NCBI GenBank assembly: GCA_030390025.1
Contig: CM059431.1
Coordinates: 94,986,001 to 95,050,000 of the forward strand
Length of the DNA: 64,000 bases
Origin: Squalus acanthias
Lineage: Eukaryota
Direction: 5' to 3'
A model generated the notes under the pieces. It did not search any database. It was given only the letters and a program-made list of their open reading frames with translations, and was not told where the DNA came from. The translations under genes and the position numbers were made by a program. Positions 37,201-49,500 of the stretch are shown piece by piece. Within the stretch, counting starts at the first letter, position 1. Each line of letters starts with the position of its first letter.

Positions 37201-39770
37201 GAGGGTCCAGGGGGCTATTTACCCTTGGTGTTCGGGTATATGAGGGTCCAGGGGGCTATTTACCCTTGGTGTTAGTGTCTATGAGGATCTAAACGGCTAT
37301 TTACCCTTGGTGTTAGTGTCTACGAGGATCTAGGGGGCTATTTACCCTTGCTGTTCGTGTCTACGAGGGTCGAGGGGGCTATTTAGCCTTGGTGTTCGTG
37401 TCTATGAGGATCTAGGGGGCTATTTACCCTCAGTGTTAGTGTGTATGAGGATCTTAGGGGCTATTTACCCTTGCTGTTAGTGTCTATGAGGGTTGAGTGG
37501 ACTATTTACCCTTGGTGTTAGTGTCTGTGAGGATTCAGGGTGCTATTTACCCTTGGTGTTAGTGTCTATGAGGATCCAGGGGGCTATTTACCCTTGGTGT
37601 TAGTGTCTATGAGGATCTAGGGTCTATTTACCCTTGGTGTTAGTGTCTATGAGGATCGAGGGGACAATTTATCCTTGGTGTTAGCCTCCATGAGGATCTA
37701 GGGGGCTATTTCCCCTTGGTGTTAATGTCTATGTGGATCCAGGGTGCTATTTACCCTTGGTGTTAGTGTCTATGAGGATCCAGGGGGCTATTTACGCTTG
37801 GTGTTAGTGTCTATGAGAATGTCAGGGCTATTTACCCTTGGTGTTAGCCTCTATGAGGAGCTAGGGGGCTATTTACCCTTGGTGTTAATGTCTGTGAGGA
37901 TCTAGGGGGCTATTTACCCTTGGTGTTAATGTCTGTGAGGATCTAGGGGGCTATTTACCCTTGGTGTTAGTGTCTATGAGAATGTCAGGGCTATTTACCC
38001 TTGGTGTTAGTGTCTGATGATCGAGAGTTCTATTTACCCTTGGTGTTCGTGTCTATGAGGATCTCAGGGGCTATTTACTCTTGGTGTTAGTGCCTATGAG
38101 GATCGAGGGGGCTATTTACCCTTGGTGTTAGTGTCTATGAGGATCTAGAGGGCTATTTACCCTTGGTGTTAGTGTCTATGAGGATCTAGGGGGCTATTTA
38201 CCCTTGGTGTTAGTGTCTATGAGGATCTAGGGGGCTATTTACCCTTGGTGTTAGTATCTATGTGGATCCAGGGGGCTATTTACCCGTGTTGTTTGTGTCT
38301 ATGAGGATCCAGGGTGCTATTTACCCATGGTGTTATTGTCCAAGAGGATCTTGGGCGCTATTTACGCTTGGTGTTAATGTCTATGAGGATCCAGGGAGCT
38401 ATTTACCCTTCGTGTTAGTGTCTGTGAGGATCTCGGGTGCTAGTTACCCTTGGTGTTAGTGTCTGTGAGGATCTCGGGTGCTAGTTACCCTTGGTGTTAG
38501 TGTCTATGAGGATCGAGGGGGCTATTTACCCTTGGTGTTAGCGTCTATGAGGACCTAGGTCGCTATTTACTCTTGGTGTTCGTGTCTATGAGAATGGAGG
38601 GGGCTGTTTACCCTATGTGTTAGTTTCTATGAGGGTCGAGGGGGCTATTAACCCTTGGTGTTCGTGTCTATGAGGATCTAGGGGGCTATTACCCTTGGTG
38701 TTAGTGTCTATGATGGTCGAGGGGTCTATTTACCCTTGGTGTTAGTGTCTATGAGGATCTATGGGGCTATTTACCCTTGGTGTTAGTGTCTATGAGGATC
38801 TAGGGGGCTATTTACCCTTGGTGTTAGTGTCTATGAGGGTCGAGGGGGCTATTTACCCTTGGTGTTAGTGTCTATGAGGATCGAGGGGGCTATTTACCCT
38901 TGGTGTTAGTGTCTATGAGGATCTAGGGGGCTATTTACCCTTGGTGTTAGTCCGCTAGATCCTCAAAGACACTATTTACCCTTGGTGTTAGTGTCTATGA
39001 GGATCCAGGGGGCTATTTACCCTTGGTGTTAGTGTCTATGAGGGTCCAGGGGGCTATTTACCCTTGGTGTTAGTGTCTATGAGGATCCAGGGGGCTATTT
39101 ACCCTTGGTGTTAGTGTCTATGTGGATCCAGGAGGCTATTTACCCTTGTTGTTAGTGTCTATGAGGATCCAGGGTGCTATTTACCCTTGGTGTTATTGTC
39201 CAAGAGGATCTTGGCGCTATTTACGCTTGGTGTTAGTTTCTATGAGGATCGAGGGGGCTATTTACCCTTGTGTTAGCGTCTATGAGGATCGAGGGGGCTA
39301 TTTACCCTACGTGTTAGTGTCTATGAGGGTCGAGGGGGCTATTTACCCTTGGTGTTCGTGTCTATGAGGATCTAGGGGGCTATTACCCTTGGTGTTAGTG
39401 TCTATGAGGATCGAGGGGGCTATTTACCCTTGGTGTTAGTGTCTATGAGGATCGAGGGGGCTATTTACCCTTGGTGTTCATGTCTATGAGGATCTAGGGG
39501 GCTATTTACCCTTGGTGTTAGTGTCTATGAGGATCCAGGGGGCTATTTACCCTTGGTGTTAGTGTCTATGTGGATCCAGGGGTCTATTTACCCTTGGTGT
39601 TTGTGTCCAAGAGGATCGAGGGGGCTATTTCCCCTTGGTGTTAGTGTCTGTGAGGATCCAGGGAGCTATTTACCCTTCGTGTTAGTGTCTGTGAGGATCT
39701 CGGGTGCTTGTTAACCTTGGTGTTAGTGTCTATGAGGGTTGAGGGGGCTATTTACCCTTGGTTTTAGTGT
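34235..39770. repeat. 41-bp minisatellite (ggtgttagtgtctatgaggatctagggggctatttaccctt), roughly 130 copies
   Basis: Period 41 (for example 35821 to 35862). Degenerate at the left edge, homogeneous inside. Confidence 0.97.
34531..34678. mobile_element. 148-bp hAT-like MITE inside the minisatellite
   Basis: TIRs caatgttccctttaa / ttagagggaacattg; degenerate 8-bp flanks gtggggga / gtggagag. Confidence 0.7.
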
Positions 39771-39779
39771 CTTAGTTAT

Positions 39780-40100
39780 GCTCCTAATATTCTCTTTTTG
39801 CTTTTGCTCTGGCCTCTCTTGAACATGTAGATTCTTATAACACCCTGGTCTCTTTCCCTCTCAACAGGCTTTAATTTAGAAGCCAGTGTGGGCTACATAT
39901 GCTTGGCATTAGCCATACCCACCTGCAGAACTCTTCATTTATCACCATTAAATGTCATCTATAAGATGCAGGCCCCTTTATCCATCACATCTAGATTAGA
40001 TTTTGTCATTTTTTTTCTCTTCAAGGGTTCTGACACCAGCACTTTCCTTCATGTCATCTGCGGACTGCACCCTCAATACCTTCATCCAGATCATTGATAC
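39780..40100 (-). mobile_element. Old CR1 RT remnant
   Basis: Minus ORF 40054..40242 ends with QLFTICINDLDEGIEG-like sequence. Confidence 0.55.
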
Positions 40101-40179
40101 AAATGGTGAAGAGTGTTTGCTGTGGTTTTACATTGAGATATATACTTCTGACAGTAAAAAATATTATTTTCTCTTCCAG

Positions 40180-40203
40180 CTCAACAAAATATGGAAAAGG
40201 TGA
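40180..40203 (+). CDS. Candidate terminal coding exon of the B7-family gene (LNKIWKR*)
   Basis: Strong acceptor ttattttctcttccag in unique sequence, phase 0 as required by the TM exon, TGA at 40201-40203. Confidence 0.45.
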   Translation, partial: LNKIWKR

Positions 40204-40949
40204 AGTCTCGCTGTAACTTGTAGTCATCAAGCATTTAATCAACGTGTTGAAGCTTTAGAGAATGCATGGATGGACCCTACTGCCAGGAGATGAGGAAGTG
40301 CCACTGGCTGATAGGACACTAGATGTCTCCTATTACCATTGAACTGAATTAACAAATAGAAACATTTTGTTTAATCACCTGCTCCACTGTTTTGTAGACA
40401 CATGGGGCTGGATTTTCATAGGGCCGTTGAGGCAGGATTGGAGGCATGTGGGGGGTTAAAATTGGAAAAAAAATGGCGGGCGCACCCATCCCGCCTCCGC
40501 CGAATTTTCCCAGGTGCGCGTTTTCAGATACAGTTCCTGACCCTCATCCAAGAGGCGGGATTGGCCCTTAAGGCCATTGACAAGCTCCTAATTGGCTCCA
40601 TAATGCCATTTTCACAGGCCTTTTGGATTTTTACCAGTTTTCCACGTGATGCACGCCTCCTCTGAAACACGACGGTGAAACCTGGCGGGTACACATTTGG
40701 CTTGCTGGCTTTCAGCTGCAGCTCCACCATTAAAGAGTAGTTTGGAGCAATCATCATTTGCAGGTGGCAGAACTTAGTTGTTTCAGGTCTGGGGAAACTT
40801 TAGCAGGCCTACTCATTGTTGTGGAAGTTTGGAGCCTGACACCCATCTCCAGTGTGAGCTCCTGGAAAACCCCTCACCCCACCTTGACTCAGCGCTTCCT
40901 CAACTGAGGCACCTACCAGAAGAATGGGAACCATTCGGTTCCTTTCCCC

Positions 40950-41091
40950 CTGGACATCAGATGAGGACGAGGAGGAGGAGGAGAGAGAAAACGAACATCT
41001 GGCAGAGGCGCATCAACCAGCGGCGGCAATGCGCGAGACCATTGCTGGCCGGGACGCAAGGAACGCACTCATCTTGGCCAGATTAGCCTAG
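40950..41091 (+). pseudogene. Harbinger transposase C-terminal remnant
   Basis: WTSDEDEEEEERENEH...AGRDARNALILARLA*: acidic run plus the R-x-x-L-I-x-x-R ending typical of Harbinger transposases. No DDE core present. Confidence 0.6.
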
Positions 41092-41348
41092 CCTAGCCAA
41101 GCAACCACTTGTGCCTCGCAGCTTCTTGCCACAGCATCGTTAATGGCCAGGACCCATCATCTTCCTAGCACTCTGACCATCATTCTGACAACTGCTACTC
41201 CTCCTAAGCCCGCAATGTGGAAGTCCCAATAGCGAGATGACACAGGCCACAACTGCAGCAGTAGCCATCAGATTTTTTATTTACAGGAAGCTACTAATGG
41301 CTTATCATAATTAAACATAACATTTCACCCAAGTGACAAACCTTGTGA

Positions 41349-43264
41349 CTATTTGTGCAGTTTCTTTCTCTTACACGTGCTTCTACGTGGTGGTTCCCCC
41401 TTGGCATCAGCAGATGTGGAGGCCCCTTGCTCACTCTGTTGCTGCTCCTTTTTCGACACCTTGGGTGGGCGTCCCCTGGGGTGCCAAGCCTGTGAGGGCT
41501 CGCCAACAGTCTGCTGCTCCTGCGGCTGTGCAGGGGTTGAGACACCGATCTCAGTTGGGTGGGGACTCTGGTGGGGCTCTGACCAAGGACTTGTCAGTGG
41601 CATGGAAGTGTGAGCGCTTGGAGAGGAGCCCCCACTTCCTTGTTCTCTGCCACCATCATCCCTCTCATGGGTCAGGCCCACCTCAGCGCTTGCAAGTGGC
41701 TTGAGAGCACCTTGCTGCACATCAGGGGGGCCATGGGGACCCGTATCTGCACTGGCAGTCCTACTCAGAAGGACTTCCATGAAGGTCTGGTTTCTCTGTT
41801 CAATAGATGTCCATCACTCCTCCAGAGATGTCATTCTATTCAGAACACTCACCATGTTTTCTGCACTCTGGTGACTTATCACTTCCATGGAGGTTGCCAT
41901 CCTTTCCATGGTGATGCGTTCATGCGCCAATGACTCCACAAAGGCTCTGCTCATGTTCGCAATGGACTCCTCCATTCGCTCCACACTCGCAGCGACCCTG
42001 GAGACAAAACCTGCCAGAGACTCCTGCATCTGTTCCTGGAGTTCCAGCACCGCTGTTCTTGTGGATGGACCCAGAAGCATAGGGTCGACATGCAGCTGAG
42101 CCGAGCTGGGAGAGTCCTGCGCCCTCCGACGAGGACTCTCCACTGCTTTCCCTGTCTCCACCATCTGCTGAGGCTCACTTGTGAGCTATGATATACCAGG
42201 TGACAACACTACTCTATCTCGCGAGGGTCCCACCGAGGTGTGAGTCTCGGTGCTGGCCTGGCTGAATTGTGCTGACGCTGCGCCCTCAGAGGTTTCAGCT
42301 TCCTCTGAGGAGTCTTGAGCCTCAGGCTGTTCCTCCTGGATGGTGGGGACGGGTGCTTGCAATGGTCCTGTGGGGGAGTAAAGGAAAAAGTCAGAGATGT
42401 GAGGCCAAGGTGACATGCACAGTGCATATTGCAGATGATCATAAGTCCAATTGTTAGAGCTTCAGAATCATTATCAGTGACTCATGCAATGTCAAAGAGA
42501 GATGAACAACTATTCTGTCACCGGCTTGCTCTGCTGCGCCCGTCTGCCCGTCCCCCACTTGCGCATCCTCATCGAGTCCCATGATCTCCAGGGCCGCCTC
42601 CTCCCAGGTGGTGAGCTGGGCTATTGAGGGTGGCCCTCCTCCTGTCCTTGCTCTTTCGCGCTTATTGTGAGCTCTCTTTTCCTGCAATGAGGGAGACAAG
42701 TGGAGTTTGAGTGAGAATGAAGGAGAGAGTTTATAGAATCCATCTCATAGATGCTTATAAGGAGGCAAAGATGGAGTGAGGTGGCAAGACCAAGGGCCCA
42801 TCCTGTGTGTTGTAAGTTGATTGCATAGCATGACAGTGATAGGGAGTGTGAGGGCTGCACAGTGGAATAGTTAGGTGAATGTGACCATAGAGAGAGAGGG
42901 AATGAGTAAGGGTGCAGGGATGTCAGTGTCAAGTGGGATGGGGAGGAAGAGGTTGCTAAAGCTGAGTGCTGGTGAGGAGAGGCAAAGGGCATCAGATTGA
43001 GGGTGATGGGAAAGTCATACTCACTTTTCCAGTGCGCACAAGGTCATGAAATCTTTTGCGGCATTGAATCCAAGATCTGTTGATCAAGGATAGAGAAATC
43101 ACCTCCTGGGCCACCTGGAGCCACACAGCCTTTGTTTGCTGAGGAGGCTTCTTTCTCCCTGAAGAAGGGAAGAGCACCTCCTTATGATTTCTTGCTCCAT
43201 CTATCAGGGCTTGCAGGGCGGCGTCCTCGAATCTTGGAGCAGACTTGGGTTTGTTGGTACACAT
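41349..43264 (-). pseudogene. Harbinger Myb/SANT-like (NAIF1/MSANTD-type) gene, three exons, two premature stops
   Basis: Exons 43264-43025, 42681-42522 and 42367-41349 with GT-AG introns and matching phases. Motifs APRFEDAAL...WLQVAQEV...RSWIQCRKRFHDL and RTGGGPP. Stops at 42186-42188 and 41814-41816; AATAAA at 41281-41276. Confidence 0.85.
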
Positions 43265-44521
43265 GATGCCTCCAGGTCAATGTAGAACAAAGGCCAGAAG
43301 GTTGTCAGTCTGCAAAGGAAGCAAGGCCTCTTGTAGACCTTAAAAGCAGCAGCAATGATGACGTCATCAGAGGCGACTTTCAGACTGGAAAAGCTAATTG
43401 GGCCAGGGGTTCCCACACACTGGAACTCAATTGCCCAATCAGGGGAAAATCACGTTTGTTACACACATCTCATGAGAGTCGTGTGGATAACACGGAATTC
43501 GGATAACACGACCCCAACCCGCCCCAGTATCAAAATCCAGCCCATGAAGTCTCGTCCCAATGATGACATGAAACCCAGCCATGCTCGGTTGTAAGTTTTG
43601 AATGGCTAGGAATGCTCAGAGTGATCCTATGATCCTCTGTCCTTATGGAACTGTCTGCAACTAATAAGGAACTTGGGGGAAACACTTTTAGGTTTGTTGT
43701 GTAAACTGACAACCATGGATCCAACTTGCATCAACGCCCAAAGCAGTACACCGTAGAAAACAAATGATATCAAGCTTCCTCAATAGTCTTTCCTTATGTT
43801 TGTGAAATGTATAAAATGGCCCTCACAGGGTAGCAATAATGCACGTGCTACAGCACAAACAAACTTGAATTCATGTTGATGTCAGAAAATTATTGCACTG
43901 TTTAATATAATATGCACTGTCATGGGTTAAAACAAACCAGCACATAGAGATCAGCAGAAAATATTCCAGTCCATCCACCCAGTACAGAATCTCAGTCGAT
44001 GACAATATGGGCAGAAAATCGAGAGAACCACAATACACCTTCATGTCAGTTCTCTGATTCATGTTCCTGTCAAACAGAACGTTGAGGAAAATATGAAGGA
44101 CAGTTACAAAGTGTTTTTTAACTATCAGAAGCAAGAGGAGAATACAGAGCAATGTTGAACCACTGACCAGTGGCAGTGGGGAAGTGGTGCTGAGACAGGG
44201 AAGTGGTGGACTTACTAAATCATTATTTTGTGACTGTTTTTGTATTGAAGAGTGAACAAGATGTCTGAGTTGAGAGAAAACCAACAAGTGTGGATATTGG
44301 GTTAGGACAGGATCTGACTCAATTGTGATTCCCTCCCATGGAGAATTGCTTGCTGATACTGTCAAGGCTCAATCCTGTGAAGAATAAACACTGCACAAAG
44401 TATCGGAGGGCATTTGATACCCGTGGAATCACACGCCAGCCTTTGGGAGAGGAAGGGAGAAATCTAGAATTTAATAAACACGTCCATTTTTGAGCTATAG
44501 GTTAGATTGCAGTTAGACTAT

Positions 44522-45289
44522 TAGCCAGAAATTTCCTGGAATGATGCAATCGGTAAGTTACATCATAAGTCATCCTGGTTCGCACACTGATCTTCCTGAA
44601 ATGAACTAATGCCATAATTTCCTGGGGAAAAATTTGCATATGCTGCAGCGAACATAGCTGTGTTCCACAGACTTCAGAAGCAGTGTGACCAATTTTGGGC
44701 CCCGGGAAACTTGGGTGAAAGTACTACAAAATTTTCAGAACAAATGTCTCCTTCCATGGCATCTGCTGCCTCCAGTGAGATAGCCAACCATTGACCTGCT
44801 GACATGTTGAGAGGGGCTTTGGAAAACTATTGGCATCAGACATTCACAGCACTCCTTTCAGGAACACTGAAGATGTCAGTAAGAAGAAAAGAAAACCTGG
44901 AAAAAAATCAACTCCAAACTGCTGAGATAAAGCTGCAAAGTTTGAGTAGTCCTCCCAGGCTGCAAATGATGTGAGAATCATAAATTATGCTGCTAGCAGT
45001 TGACCTCAGACCCATCTGGGCCTAGATTTTTTGAGTTACTGGACGTTTTGAGCAAACTATGTACATCCAGAAAATTTGCACTTGGGCTGGGGCAATGCTA
45101 ATGAGCTTTGGAGGGTTTTGGTTAAGGTCTCAGCAAAGCTGCACAAAGGTCCTTGGAAATTATGAAGTAGCATGAAAACTGGCTTAACTCATTTATGCCA
45201 TATTTTTGTTAGGCTTCTGTGCTGGAAAACGGCATTACAATGTAGCTATGCCATTGTTATGGTGCAAGTTCCCAGGAAATTCCCGGCCA
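44522..45289. mobile_element. Old Harbinger-type MITE
   Basis: Imperfect TIRs tagccagaaatttcctgg / ccaggaaattcccggcca. Confidence 0.55.
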
Positions 45290-45983
45290 CTGTGTCCAGT
45301 TTTGAGCATCCTACTTTAAAAAGGTTGTAAAGACCATGGAGAGGATGCAGAAAGGGATTCACTAAAATTATACCAGGGATGAGTGGCTTTAGGAAGAATA
45401 GAGGCTAGAGAAACTGGGACAATTTTCACCACAACATAGATGGTTAAGAGGACATCTGACAGGGAGGTGTGTTCACGAGGTAAATAGAAAAAAACAGGAG
45501 TCTGTTCACTAAAACTAAAATAAACATAGTCAGTACAGCACAAATTAAAACTTGGTCTGACCTCCAGATGTGCTACTTTGCAGTTGGGAACCTTTGACCC
45601 TATAAAATTGTACAGAGATTTTACACTGCAACTTTCACAACTAGTGAAATGGTTGCTGAAGATTATCTATAATAATTGATTGGAGTCTGTTAGAACATGT
45701 TGCGCTCAAATTGTGAAAACGTTACTTGCTGTGTGTAACTGTGTATTCAGTGCTTTATTTTTGTTTAATCAATAATCCAAATTGATGTAATTCATTCTTA
45801 TCTGTGAATGCTTCAAGTACTTTCTAATGATAAGGACTGACTGTAGCCAAGACAATTTTCTTACCTCGTATAATGTAATATAAACTAACATGGAACAAAT
45901 AAAAAGACTATTAGATGTGGATAAATTCAATGAGGAATTTGTGCTCTTGTTAAATTTTAGAATAGGGACCTTTTTTGATTCAA

Positions 45984-46736
45984 TGGCCCAGAAATTCCGT
46001 TCCCTACGGGTGTGTACGCGCTGTGTACTCACCCGTAGGGCCAACGGAAGTGCCGGTTTTAGGCATGCACTGCGCATGCGCTGGAAACCGGAACTTCCGT
46101 TCTGTGCAGAAAGGGCTTGACAGGTCAAACGCCTGCGCCGGATAGGCAGCGCGTACGGCAGAAACTTCAGTTTTTTTCACAGTTGCGTCAGTCCAGGTAA
46201 GTTGGAAGAAGCTGTGCCTAGAAAAGCAGGCGCAAGGCCTGCTTTTACCAGGCTAATAGTTGAAGAAAGTAAAAAAAAAAAAATTTTCCACTGATTTATC
46301 ATTTTAAAATACTTTAAAGAAAGGTAAGTTTATTTTTAGCCCCGTTAAAAACTTTAATTATTTTTTTCAAAAATTTAAATTTTATTTAAAATAGTTAATT
46401 TATGTAATTTATAGTCATTTTAAAAATGTGAAATTTTTTTTTAAATGTATTTGAAGTTTAACTTATGTTTTGGGGCTGATCTCTATTCATAGATTTGACA
46501 GGTCTTCCTGTCAAATCTGTGAATGGAGATTCCCTGCTCCGATTGGCTCCCCATGGCCCACGTGATCCCAGGGACGCTGCGAACTACCTGCGCCCCTGGG
46601 ATACGTGAGCACTGCACACCGGCAGCTGGAGGAGGCCCAGCAATGGAATTCTGCGCTTCCCGGGAGCCCTCCGGTCCAGGCGAAGATTTTTCCAAATCAC
46701 AGCCCTCCACCTGCTGCGAACGGAATTTCTGGGCCA
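45984..46736. mobile_element. Family-C MITE
   Basis: TIRs tggcccagaaattccg / cggaatttctgggcca; body similar to 19960-20711. Confidence 0.85.
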
Positions 46737-46809
46737 TCATATAGACTGGGGTCTCACAAACAAAACAAAACTATAAACTGTAGCTTCTAAATATACTTTT
46801 TAACTCAGA

Positions 46810-49500
46810 TTTGCAGGAAACTTGGTTGAGAGGTGATGATACCTTACCCTTAAATGAAGCCTCCCACCTGACTATACATTCCACCACCTTCCCCGTTCAG
46901 ACCGCCATGGTGGCGGTGTGGCTCTCATCACCAAATCACAACTTGGTCTGTCCCCCTAGTCCTCCGGCACTTTCTCCTCCTTTGAGCATCTCGCCTTATT
47001 CCACCTCTCTCACCTCTCATTTAAAATTCTCGGGGGCAAAAATTGGCTCGCGGTCCCTTTGGGGCGCTAACTTCGCCGGGGTGCTAAAGTTAGCGCCTAT
47101 GCCCGAAATTGAATGGTAGCGCCCCAAGCAGGAGGCGGGGCACTACAGGAAGCATTCCTCCTCCCTCTTGGAGTGCTTAAACTCAATATCACGGCGCTAC
47201 GTGCAGCAGCGCCACGCGCGCCGGCACGTAGCGCCGCGGTACTGCAGGTCTCCCTCCCCTAATTAAAGGGGAGGCGCCAAGCGCAGCGCACACCGGGGCC
47301 CTGCTGGACCACCGGCGAGCGGGGTGCCGGCAAACGAGCTTGGCACTCAAGGAGTGCCGGGCTGATGGATCGCGGCCGGCACCCCGCAGGAGGAGGCCAG
47401 AGGGGGGCAGATGCTGGCAGGCGGCCCAAAAATAATTGCCGCCCGGCACCTGCCCTTTAATTTACGCTGCCCCAGCCGCAGACACGGCACCCTGATCCTG
47501 TCGGACATAGCGTCCGGCAGTAGGTCAGGGGGCATGAGCTAAATTTGTGGCTAGGACGCGAGCAGAGCGCTGCGCACGGCAATAACGTCATCGCCGGAGG
47601 CGCAGCACCGTGGGGCACTACCGCCTACTGCCACCGGTAACCAGGAGGCGTTAGCGGCTCTGCGCCCGGGTGCTAGTTGCTTTGTGCCTCGCTAACGGGA
47701 GGCGCAAAGCAACCGAATTTTTCCCCCTCGTTCTCTAACGCCCACCCAAGTACCATAAAATTTTTATTTTCAAGATATCTTCACGGCTTTCCTCCCTCAG
47801 CCTCTGCACCAAGCGACTTCTCATCCTTAGTGATTTCAACCTCCATCTCAATTCCTCATGCTCTCTCTCCTCTGAGTTCACTGCCCTCCTATCCTCCCTT
47901 AATCTCTCCCACCATGTAAACTCCTCAACCCATATTCACAGCCACCCCCTCGACCTTGCCATCTCTTGTGGCCTCGCTATTCCCATCGTGTCAATCGCAG
48001 ATAAGGCCATTTCTGACAAGGCCATCTCTGACCACTTCCTCGTATCGCTCTCCATCACATTCCCCTTCCACGCCCCCGCCCCCACCCCCCACCCCCAAAC
48101 CTACTTCCTTCTGTATCCACCCCTGGAAAAAACTCTCTCCCAACTCTCTTACAACTGCACTTATGAAATCCCAACTGTCCAACCTTTGGCCCTCCATTCA
48201 GCACAACATTTCTGCAGCTACCGATCTGCTCAACCACACCCACACCACCACCTTTGATGCCCTAGTCCCTATTAAAACAATTACTCTCTCTCACCCTGGC
48301 CGTTCCCCCTGGTACAGCCATCATCTTCACTCCCTTAAGTCCAAGGGACGCAGACTTGAACGGGTATGGTGGACAATTGGTTCAGCCATTCACCGCCAGA
48401 TCTGGCTGGACCACATAAAACATTATCAGGTCCTGCTCTCGTCTGCCAAAACTGCTCACTATTCCAGAATAATTCTGGAATGCAAAGATAAACCTAGGCT
48501 TCTATTCTCTACTGCTAGCCGTCTTCTTAAACCCCTCTCCCCGTCTCATCCACCCTCACCTCCAACAAGTGTGAGGAGCTCATGGACTTCTTTGTCTCTA
48601 AGATTGAGACCATCTGTTCAGCTGCCTCTGCCACTTCCCTTCCTTCCCCTAGCCCACCAGGCCAAACTTCCTTGAAGGTTCCACCCTGCCCTAGCCCTGA
48701 ACTTACATCTTTCTCCAGTTTCTCTCCAATCTCCCCTCATGACTTCCCCGCGCTCATCTTGTCCACTTCCTGCTCCCTCGACCCTATTCCCACCAAACTG
48801 CTGACCACCCAACTTCCTTTTCTGGCTCCCGTGTTAGCTGATAATGTTAATGGTTCTCTCTCCTTAGGTACTGTCCCCCTCTCCCTCAAATCTGCCATCA
48901 TCACCCCTCTCCTCAAAAAACCAACCCTTGAGCCTTTCGTCCTAGCAAACTACTGCCTCATCTCCAACCTCCCTTCCTCTCCAAAGTCCTTGAACATGTT
49001 GTCGCCTCCCAAATCCGCGCCCATCTTTCCCGGAACTCCATGCTTGAATCCCTCCAATCAGGTTTCCGCCCCTGCCACAGTACAGAAACGGCTCTCATCA
49101 AAGTCACAAATGACATCCTTTGTGACTGTGACAAAGGTAAACTATCCCTCCTCTTCCTTCTTGACTTGTCTGCAGCCTTTGACACGGTTGATCACTCCAT
49201 CCTCCTCCGACGCCTCTCCACCGTTGTCCAGCTGGGTGGGACTGCACTCGCCTGGTTCCATTCTTATCTATCTAATCGTAGCCAGAGAATCACCTGCAAC
49301 AGCTTCTCTTCCCACTCCCACATCATTACCTCTGGTGTCCCCCAAGGATCTATCCTTGGCCCCCTCCTATTTCTCATCTACATGCTGCCCTTTGGCAACA
49401 TTATCTGAAAACACAGCGTCAGTTTCCACATGTACGCTGACGACGTCCAGCTCTACCTCACCACCACCTCTCTCAACCCCTCCACGGTCTCTAAATTGTC
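46810..49500 (+). mobile_element. L2 LINE ORF2 (APE to RT), decayed, interrupted by a family-B MITE
   Basis: QETWL, ISDHFLV, LDPIPT, QSGFRPCHSTETAL, LLDLSAAFDTVDH, GVPQGSILGP and YADD. Confidence 0.9.
47032..47726. mobile_element. Family-B MITE (reverse orientation)
   Basis: TIRs gggggcaaaaatt / aatttttcccc and TSD CTC. Confidence 0.85.

Larger units (their letters stand above)
40405..43543. mobile_element. Non-autonomous Harbinger element retaining a spliced Myb/SANT gene
   Basis: Perfect 12-bp TIRs gggctggatttt / aaaatccagccc, TSD ATG, and a transposase tail convergent with the Myb gene. Confidence 0.9.

Noticed and set aside
34235..39770. CRISPR-like array
   Set aside because: Contiguous 41-bp tandem units with no unique spacers, no cas genes and a vertebrate context; it is a minisatellite.
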